This document shows positions 18,723 to 25,303 of a stretch of DNA of 64,000 bases, piece after piece; the first letter of the stretch is position 1; each line of letters starts with the position of its first letter. Under the pieces are notes generated by a model that saw only the letters and a list, made by a program, of their open reading frames with translations, had not been told where the DNA came from and ran no database searches. Location: the NCBI GenBank assembly GCA_035510735.1, contig DATKGN010000013.1, forward strand, positions 192,596 through 256,595, in the 5' to 3' direction. The translations under genes and the position numbers were made by a program. Source of the stretch: Patescibacteria group bacterium (GTDB lineage Bacteria; Patescibacteriota; Microgenomatia; UBA10105; UBA927).

Positions 18723-19604
18723 ATGAAAAAGGCACAGGTTTTTATAAGCTGTGGACAAAAAGATGATAGCGAAAAAGTCTTTGGAGAATATTTAGAAAAA
18801 TACTTCGTGGCTCGTGGTTTTGACACATATTTCGCTGAAGAAGTTCATAGCTCCAAGCCCCTATTACTGAGCATATTCGACGCTCTTAAAGAAAGTGAAT
18901 ATTTTGTTAGCGTTAACCCTCATAGAAAAGAAACGGGCGATACAGGTTCAATATTCGTTCAGCAAGAAATTGCGGTCGCTTCTTCATTAAGAATGCCTAT
19001 TATTGCATTTCATCAAAAGGGAGTACGAAGAACAAATGGTATGTCTGGGGGCCTCCATCTTAATAGCATTGAGGTTAATGAACCGAGAGAAATGAAGCAT
19101 CTGTTGGGCAAGGTCACTGCTTTGTGGGATAACACATCTAGAAATCAGCTTTTCCTGAAGATAGCTAATCCAAGTCTAAATATTCTAAATCAAAACAGTC
19201 AACTTACAAATTGGTGGCATATCTCTTGTCGGAATGGATCAAGTCTTAAACACGCAAAAGGATGTATGGCTTATATAGATAAAATTTTTGGTGCAAATAG
19301 AAAAAATATAATAACTATACCTTATAAATGTGAAATAGTGTGGGCTGGAGTAGGAATACATAGCATAACAATTGCTAAAAAAACTGAGAGGGATTTTGAC
19401 GCCATATTTACATTCAACGGATCAGGCGTATGGCACCCACAAATATTACAAACATCAACTATATACAAATATCCTTCATTAACAGATGGCATATATAATA
19501 TTGAATATTTAGTTGTAAGTGATAATTTTCCCGACGCGAGATTATTAGTTAAATTGAAGCTTCAAAAAGATATTATGACAGTCATAAAACAAAGACAATT
19601 ATAG
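18723..19604 (+). CDS. TIR-like (TIR_2/DUF1863-type) domain protein with unknown C-terminal domain
   Basis: N-terminus VFISCGQKDDSEKVFGEYLEKYF...EYFVSVNPHRKETGDTGSIFVQQEIAVASSLRMPIIAF follows the TIR_2 pattern (vFISY..D ... S.W...E). The roughly 170-aa C-terminal half is beta-rich and unassigned. Confidence 0.5.
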   Translation: MKKAQVFISCGQKDDSEKVFGEYLEKYFVARGFDTYFAEEVHSSKPLLLSIFDALKESEYFVSVNPHRKETGDTGSIFVQQEIAVASSLRMPIIAFHQKGVRRTNGMSGGLHLNSIEVNEPREMKHLLGKVTALWDNTSRNQLFLKIANPSLNILNQNSQLTNWWHISCRNGSSLKHAKGCMAYIDKIFGANRKNIITIPYKCEIVWAGVGIHSITIAKKTERDFDAIFTFNGSGVWHPQILQTSTIYKYPSLTDGIYNIEYLVVSDNFPDARLLVKLKLQKDIMTVIKQRQL

Positions 19605-19619
19605 TCGAATGATATAACT

Positions 19620-20456
19620 ATGAAGAGAAAACTTATCGACGTTCCTATTCAGTATGAGAGCATTATAAAAACTGCCTTTATTACAAGAACAAAATCTATA
19701 AATGACTTTAAGGAACGTGATTTTAAACGTTTAATTAAAGCTGTGCGGGATAGTGGCATTAAGAATAGATATGTCCTATCAGATATTGATAAGGATAATT
19801 ATCTAGTTCCTGACACTGATTTAACCGTGACTGTCATTAAAGATAAAAACCCTACAAGCGCAATTTCGCTAAATAAGGCTCTTCAGAGGATAAGAGAAGA
19901 TGATGTTAATCCGAAAGCATTTTTGATTTCCTCGCAAGAGGTGATCTTAACGGATGATCATATTAATAGACTCATTAAAGTGTTAAACGACGACCCTACT
20001 CTTCTTGTAGCTGGGTATAAATTTACCATTAAGGATGAAGAATTAAATAGTGAGTTGCAGTGGTATTATGCAAGGAAAAAATTGATAGCGTTTAAGGTGC
20101 CCTGGAATACCTGCGCCCTCTGGAATTACAAGTTATTCGATAAGTACGTGGAAGAGTTTGATGAAATCACGACTAAAAACCCTTTTAACCCAGTGTGTGT
20201 TTGTATTGATAACGTCTGCAGTCAAACAGAACACGTGGGAATGGAGGATGGGCTTGCTATTGCAAAGGCATTGACTCAAAATGAACGTCTAAAATACAAG
20301 TTAATAAGTGCGGACCCACCACTCTGTTGGAAAGTCAATGTTGATAGAATAAATGAACATAGGAAAAAACTTGCCAGAAAAGATACAGTAATGCGAGATT
20401 TTATGGAGGTTAAAAAATATTCTATCGATAAGTCACGAAATGCTAGGATGGAGTAG
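19620..20456 (+). CDS. hypothetical protein, possibly GT-A-fold glycosyltransferase-like
   Basis: C-terminal VPWNTCALWNYKLFDKYVEEFDE...GMEDGLAIAKAL resembles the GT2 acceptor/ED motif region; weak. Confidence 0.35.
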   Translation: MKRKLIDVPIQYESIIKTAFITRTKSINDFKERDFKRLIKAVRDSGIKNRYVLSDIDKDNYLVPDTDLTVTVIKDKNPTSAISLNKALQRIREDDVNPKAFLISSQEVILTDDHINRLIKVLNDDPTLLVAGYKFTIKDEELNSELQWYYARKKLIAFKVPWNTCALWNYKLFDKYVEEFDEITTKNPFNPVCVCIDNVCSQTEHVGMEDGLAIAKALTQNERLKYKLISADPPLCWKVNVDRINEHRKKLARKDTVMRDFMEVKKYSIDKSRNARME

Positions 20457-20550
20457 ACCTGTCCTGGAGTACCGAATTGATAGGTTCCTACTCAATATCC
20501 TCCGTAATCGCCCTTCCGCGGAATTGGGAAATATACAAATCGGACGGAAA
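20457..20550 (-). repeat. decayed copy B of ABC-exporter 3' terminus plus conserved downstream segment
   Basis: Minus-sense gatttgtatatttcccaattccgcggaagggcgattacggaggatattgagtag reads DLYISQFRGRAITEDIE*, versus DLYNSQFRGHAIVEEAE* in the real gene. It starts 15 nt after the stop of CDS 20555..21265. Confidence 0.7.
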
Positions 20551-20554
20551 TTCT

Positions 20555-21265
20555 TTACGAACTCGTTCCACTAGGTTTATCTTTCAACCATCTTCTGGAA
20601 GTATATATTAACCTGCCGTTAAACGGTCCGCTGTGATTAGGATCGAGTTTTGATAAATTCTCAACTAAAACCCTGTCATCCGCAGACAATTCATGCAACC
20701 TTTCCAGTAGGTTTTCCAATAAATTATTGTCATGAAAGTATCCCCGCAGGTGATACTTTTCACTCGATTGTTTGATTTTGTTCATGCTATCCTCTAAGGC
20801 TTGATATGTATCATCAGCAAGGAGCGTAAGCTGTTGAATCCGATAATCATCCTCATGTGTAAATCGAAACAACGCAATACTTGCGCCCATATATGTTCCG
20901 AGCATAACGGAGGGGTTTCTGATTGTGCCGATTATATAATCCGTTGATTGATGTAAAAGATTATTTTCTTCTGGGGTTCTTGAGGTTTTTGCACAAAGAG
21001 CTTCGCCCATCCACGCCATTGTTGTCATATTGCATTCTACTAATGATGAAACTACAACCACTTCGTCATCACTCTCAGTAGGAAACCTATCGACCAGAAT
21101 CTGAAGAACTTCAGTCGGTTTCTGCAAAAAAAATGATTCAACTTTAGCCCTGTATTCAAATGGACTGCGGGTTTTTAATAGATTATCGACCGATTGAGCA
21201 AGAGTTATAATATTTTGATCGTTTTGCGGAGGTAATATTTGCTTCGGAGCACCTTCATCTATCAT
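20555..21265 (-). CDS. hypothetical protein (236 aa), cassette gene
   Basis: MIDEGAPKQILPP...; no motif recognised. It is flanked by copies C and B. Confidence 0.45.
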   Translation of the reverse strand: MIDEGAPKQILPPQNDQNIITLAQSVDNLLKTRSPFEYRAKVESFFLQKPTEVLQILVDRFPTESDDEVVVVSSLVECNMTTMAWMGEALCAKTSRTPEENNLLHQSTDYIIGTIRNPSVMLGTYMGASIALFRFTHEDDYRIQQLTLLADDTYQALEDSMNKIKQSSEKYHLRGYFHDNNLLENLLERLHELSADDRVLVENLSKLDPNHSGPFNGRLIYTSRRWLKDKPSGTSS

Positions 21266-21299
21266 ATGAAGAACGATACAATATTCTGTAATTCGTGTC

Positions 21300-21395
21300 C
21301 AATTTCATCCTGACAGATGTACGAATTATTGTTTACAATTCCATAACCGCCCGGCCGCGGAATTGGGAATTGGAGAGGTCGGCGTATTTCATAAA
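21300..21395 (-). repeat. decayed copy C of ABC-exporter 3' terminus plus conserved downstream segment
   Basis: Minus-sense reads FMKYADLSNSQFRGRAVMEL*, followed by ACAATAATTCGTACATCTGTCAGGATGAAATTGGA. Copy E has the related GGAATAATAATTGTACATCCGAGGGACGGAATTGGA. Confidence 0.7.
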
Positions 21396-21451
21396 GTCGG
21401 AGCGCAGCACGTATGAGATCTCCACAGACGTATTTATTCGGCAAAAATTAA

Positions 21452-22723
21452 TTAAGAATCGAAGGAAGACAAAAAAGCATTTAACTTTTCCGATAATGCT
21501 TTCCAAAGTGGTTTGATTACAAACTTTGCTTCCTCATCAATTTCCGAACTGAATTGCGATGTTGCAATGGCGTACCTTTTTTCAAGTTCAGTTTTCATAT
21601 AACGCAAACTATTTTGTGCCTGAGGAGATACAGATTCCGGAAGTAATCCCAATGCGGTAAGGGCGTAGAAAAAAGTCAAAGCATCTCTTCTTAACGAAGG
21701 TAATACTACTGTTTCAAGTGATTCGCCTGAATGCGTATCTTTACGATCAATTTCCACGGCAGGCATGACTACATCCTCAGATCCGTTTAAAATTTTTTCT
21801 GCAACAGACTCCGACAAATAGTTTAGAGCATCTCGATACGTTGGTATTTCCTGAACCCTGTCTGTTGGATCAAGTTTTTTTAACCCATAACCATATGGAT
21901 TATTTTTTGTAGCCATATCCATATATATTGAATATAGGCCATCCGGAGTTGTAAGAACACCGTCATAACAGGCAACAGTCATTGAATCTCTGCTTATTAC
22001 CTGTCTTTCTGGGTGTCGAATAAATTTACCCAATTTTTTTATTGTTTCTTCGTTCACTTCTTTGGCAACCCTAAATTGTCCCTCAATATACTTTGCATCT
22101 AAACCCAACGTGTAGAGTTGTCTTTTGATTGAATAAACTGTTTCTTTATTTGAATCGGTTATAGAAAATCTTACGGTATGAAGCGAGGTGTCGTTATATA
22201 AAGTTATATCACGCTTCGAAACGTCCTGAAGATGCTGAAGAAGTTTAACAACTATTGCTTCAGTTCCTTTCGGAACAGTAGTGGATGTATATATTTTTTG
22301 TTCACGCCGTAAATGCGGAATTAATGCGGAAACCACATCATCGTAATCATATGAAGTCCCGTCTTGTCTGTTGCCGCTTATATCAAACGGGTCAGACGCC
22401 CAATAGAGTGCGACCCGTTCAGGCAGATACTTCGCGTATTTTGTAGCAAATTGAGTGAATGACTCAAAATCAAAACCTGATGTAATTTTACGTTTAACAT
22501 CAAAACTACACCATGGGCAACCTCCAGTACAACCATCTGTAAATTGTAGATGCTGCATACCTTTTAATAGGGATTGTCTGACCGGTTCGGGGAAGGCCTC
22601 AAACATTTGGAGAATGTCAACAGGATCTCTGTTCCTCCTCATCTCTATGAGAGAATATATTCTGTCTGTTATTGGGAAATTGTTTGATTGGGGTGTTAGA
22701 TCTGATTGTCGTGATTCCGGCAT
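21452..22723 (-). CDS. putative radical SAM protein (atypical; CTGGCPWC = Cx3Cx2C)
   Basis: 423 aa with the single cluster QFTDGCTGGCPWCSFD at residues about 60-75. No SPASM or second cluster. C-terminal 150 aa is helical. Confidence 0.45.
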   Translation of the reverse strand: MPESRQSDLTPQSNNFPITDRIYSLIEMRRNRDPVDILQMFEAFPEPVRQSLLKGMQHLQFTDGCTGGCPWCSFDVKRKITSGFDFESFTQFATKYAKYLPERVALYWASDPFDISGNRQDGTSYDYDDVVSALIPHLRREQKIYTSTTVPKGTEAIVVKLLQHLQDVSKRDITLYNDTSLHTVRFSITDSNKETVYSIKRQLYTLGLDAKYIEGQFRVAKEVNEETIKKLGKFIRHPERQVISRDSMTVACYDGVLTTPDGLYSIYMDMATKNNPYGYGLKKLDPTDRVQEIPTYRDALNYLSESVAEKILNGSEDVVMPAVEIDRKDTHSGESLETVVLPSLRRDALTFFYALTALGLLPESVSPQAQNSLRYMKTELEKRYAIATSQFSSEIDEEAKFVIKPLWKALSEKLNAFLSSFDS

Positions 22724-22794
22724 GTCTAAATTCTATCATGTAAAGTAATTATTTCTTAATTCGTCATCGGGTAAGAGAAATTTATTACTGGATT

Positions 22795-22850
22795 TCTGTT
22801 CCGAACTCTCCGTAATCGCTCTCCCCCGAAACTGGCTGTTATAAGGGTGG
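22795..22850 (-). repeat. decayed copy D of ABC-exporter 3' terminus
   Basis: Minus-sense reads HPYNSQFRGRAITESSEQ; about 60 nt upstream of the radical SAM start. Confidence 0.65.
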
Positions 22851-22930
22851 GCGTGTTCAGATGAGCCTATAGTTGACTTTTGAAAACTACTTCCTATAAT
22901 TGAGAATAACTTGTTTCTATTTTAGATTGT

Positions 22931-23521
22931 ATGAATACGCACCACGAAATAGCTGAAATATCCCAAGAGTTTGTGGGAATAGACGACTCACTCAGAGCCG
23001 ATATATTAAACGGTTCTCACGAATGGTTACAATCATACATAACTGTTGTCTCTGAAATTGATAACCGGTTATCAGATAAAAATCCTGACCGGATTATCAG
23101 CGGACTCCTCATTGACGAGCTTAAATACAATAAAACTCAGGAACTACAAGCGGCGGCCCTTACTATTCACCGAGCTAAAGACGCGCATACGAGGCCGGAT
23201 GCACGGGACTGGAAAAGAATACAGGGAGCTATCGGGCATGACTGGTTTTATGCTGCGCTCATTGTACAAGTTTTTGGTGACCGAATGCCGGAAGCCTGCC
23301 ATACTTTTTTGGCAAAACAAGTAGACGACATAAAACCGTTTGTCAGGCAGGTCGTGACGACAAACACACCACTAGATCCACAAGAGATGTGGCATCCGGT
23401 AAAGAGCTTCCAACATGCTTTGGAGCGCATTCGGGAGAGACCTGAACTTGGGGTAACGCAGGAAGATGTTAATTACGCCCGGGAGCAACTGCTGTCAATC
23501 GGTAAACTCAATCGCCACTAG
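22931..23521 (+). CDS. hypothetical protein (196 aa), cassette gene
   Basis: ORF with a plausible start; no motif recognised. Confidence 0.4.
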   Translation: MNTHHEIAEISQEFVGIDDSLRADILNGSHEWLQSYITVVSEIDNRLSDKNPDRIISGLLIDELKYNKTQELQAAALTIHRAKDAHTRPDARDWKRIQGAIGHDWFYAALIVQVFGDRMPEACHTFLAKQVDDIKPFVRQVVTTNTPLDPQEMWHPVKSFQHALERIRERPELGVTQEDVNYAREQLLSIGKLNRH

Positions 23522-23528
23522 AGTAGAT

Positions 23529-24044
23529 TCAAAAATATTCCTCAGAATTTATTCCTTCTTTTTTCATTCTATCTGAAGCCTCCCTTAATAGCGGATTCAG
23601 TTGCCTGCACGCATATATACCTACTTCCTTTAAGCCTAACGCTTCAAAAGCTTCAGGTTCGCTATAATCATTTCTATCTCTTCCTTCTCCTGCTAAATTA
23701 ACCTTATGCATAAGAAGCTCGTTGTAAACTTGATATTGATTCAGTGCGGTATCGATTTGTCTAACAAGGTCTCTATTATGTTCTAAGAACTGGGCCCATG
23801 GTCCTGCACATTCTGCTTCCACGCGATTTAAAGGTACATACAAATTTTTCCTGTATTCCTGAGGGTCAGCTGCTTTTTCAGCTCCAAACAAAGATTGAAA
23901 AAGTCTCCAAAAATTGTTGCCAAACAACTCAGGGTCGTTGGTTCGCTCAGAGGGAGTAAATTCGTCTGGTGGTACTTTCGGTGCACGTATTACCAGATCA
24001 ACATAATAATCGTGGGGATGGCTTATTGGTGCACGGTCGTTCAT
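23529..24044 (-). CDS. hypothetical protein (171 aa), cassette gene
   Basis: Convergent with the previous ORF; no motif recognised. Confidence 0.4.
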   Translation of the reverse strand: MNDRAPISHPHDYYVDLVIRAPKVPPDEFTPSERTNDPELFGNNFWRLFQSLFGAEKAADPQEYRKNLYVPLNRVEAECAGPWAQFLEHNRDLVRQIDTALNQYQVYNELLMHKVNLAGEGRDRNDYSEPEAFEALGLKEVGIYACRQLNPLLREASDRMKKEGINSEEYF

Positions 24045-24089
24045 TTAGAGGATCATATCAAACTATAACATCTTGTCAAACTTTTGAGG

Positions 24090-24172
24090 AATGTTCCAAT
24101 TCCGTCCCTCGGATGTACAATTATTATTCCTTATCCTAAGTAACCGCCCCCGCGGAGAACTTCTGTTCTCAC
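24090..24172 (-). repeat. decayed copy E of ABC-exporter 3' terminus plus conserved downstream segment
   Basis: Minus-sense cagaagttctccgcgggggcggttacttag reads QKFSAGAVT*, followed by an AATAATTGTACATCCG...GGACGGAATTGGA block shared with copy C. Confidence 0.55.
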
Positions 24173-24457
24173 CGCCTTAAGGCCGCATCTCTTATAGGTC
24201 AAGATGCGGCACAAAGGGCCGTAATTCTCACTATGTATGAACGCATTAAGAAACGAGCCCTTAAGGCCGCATCTTTTAATAACTTGATCGATTTAGACCC
24301 GCGTGTTTGTCGTCATTCTGGCGAGCGAGTCAACGAGAGTGTCCAGAATCCCAACCGGATGCTGGACAAGCCAGCATGACGAGAAAACCTTTCCAAACGA
24401 GCCCTTAAGCTATTCATCAGTTTCGGGTTATACGATACGACTCTTAACTGAAAGGGG
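24172..24457 (+). other. hairpin- and repeat-rich non-coding region (candidate sRNA or regulatory leader) upstream of CDS 24458..25033
   Basis: Direct repeats aaacgagcccttaaggccgcatct at 24172-24191 (partial), 24252-24278 and 24396-24411 (partial). Hairpins ggccgcatct-N11-agatgcggc, attctgg-N21-ccagaat and atgctgg-acaag-ccagcat. Confidence 0.3.
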
Positions 24458-25033
24458 GTGATATATATCGTTACTAAAAAACAAATACTAACAGCCGCAG
24501 CTTCCATCGCCATAATCGGATCAGTCGTCGCAGTTCCTATGCCGGCATACGCCGCAGGGAATGGCTTTTTTGGAGGGAGTAATTTTCTCTCCAATTTTGT
24601 CAACTTTTTCTCACAAAAGTTTGGACTCGACAAAACGCAGGTTACCAATGCCATGAATGACTTTCACACGCAGCAAATGGCAAATACCACACCGCGTCCG
24701 ACGCCGACCCAACAGCAGATGGATGCACGGGAAAAGGCCAGGCTCGATCCGCTGGTGACTTCGGGCAAGATAACAGCAGCTCAGGAGACGGCGATCATCG
24801 CCGAGCTTGACGCATTGCATACGAAATATCCACCTTCGGCCGGACAAACATCGGATCAACGGAAAACCCAGATGCAGAACATGCAGAACGACTGGAAAAC
24901 GTGGGCTACAGCCAATAATATCGATCCGACCATCGTAGGCGCCGCAGGCGTGGGCATGATGGGAGGCAGAGGAAGAGGGTTTGGAAGAGGAAATTGGGGT
25001 AAAACTACTCCAACTCCAACACCGACCCCGTAA
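24458..25033 (+). CDS. secreted hypothetical protein with signal peptide and C-terminal TPTPTPTP tail
   Basis: GTG start at 24458 after RBS AAAGGGGG (start uncertain). KKQILTAAASIAIIGSVVAVPMPAYAAG signal peptide; Gln/Met-rich; ends GRGRGFGRGNWGKTTPTPTPTP. Confidence 0.45.
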   Translation: MIYIVTKKQILTAAASIAIIGSVVAVPMPAYAAGNGFFGGSNFLSNFVNFFSQKFGLDKTQVTNAMNDFHTQQMANTTPRPTPTQQQMDAREKARLDPLVTSGKITAAQETAIIAELDALHTKYPPSAGQTSDQRKTQMQNMQNDWKTWATANNIDPTIVGAAGVGMMGGRGRGFGRGNWGKTTPTPTPTP

Positions 25034-25123
25034 TTAAGCAATATCGCCAACCAAAGCACCCTGATAAGTCAGGGTGCTTTGAAACGTACTTATTAAACCT
25101 AGAAAATAGATTGTTCTCCACAT

Positions 25124-25185
25124 TCAAAGTCGCGGCCCTCCGCAGAACTGAGAATTAGAGGTCGGCGTATACCACAAAAACTCAT
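25124..25185 (-). repeat. decayed copy F of ABC-exporter 3' terminus
   Basis: Minus-sense reads FLWYTPTSNSQFCGGPRL*, versus real GFYADLYNSQFRGHAIVEEAE*. It lies 120 nt downstream of the real stop. Confidence 0.6.
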
Positions 25186-25194
25186 TTCGTAACT

Positions 25195-25300
25195 AAGTTT
25201 TTGAGTATAGACCCACCTAATCAAATTTTTCGTCCGAGGGACTTGTCCCGCACGAAGCCTGGGATCTAGCGACAAATTTGAGTAAGGTGGGATCTAAAAT
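25195..25300. repeat. inverted-repeat element, copy 2 (see 8700-8770), abutting the ABC-exporter stop codon
   Basis: ttgagtatagacccacctaatcaa ... ttgagtaaggtgggatctaaaatcc, with internal hairpins gtccgagggac and ttgtcccgcacgaagcctgggatctagcgacaa. Confidence 0.5.
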
Positions 25301-25303
25301 CCT

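Noticed and set aside
21262-21444. 60-aa minus-strand ORF from the track (MPNKYVCGDLIRAALRLYEIRRPLQFPIPRPGGYG...)
   Set aside because: It is the out-of-frame translation of repeat copy C (the decayed ABC 3' terminus) plus spacer. It has no RBS and is not an independent gene.
24313-24654. 113-aa minus-strand ORF
   Set aside because: It overlaps the hairpin-rich non-coding region and the start of the plus-strand secreted-protein gene. The frame stays open only because of the GC-rich repeats.
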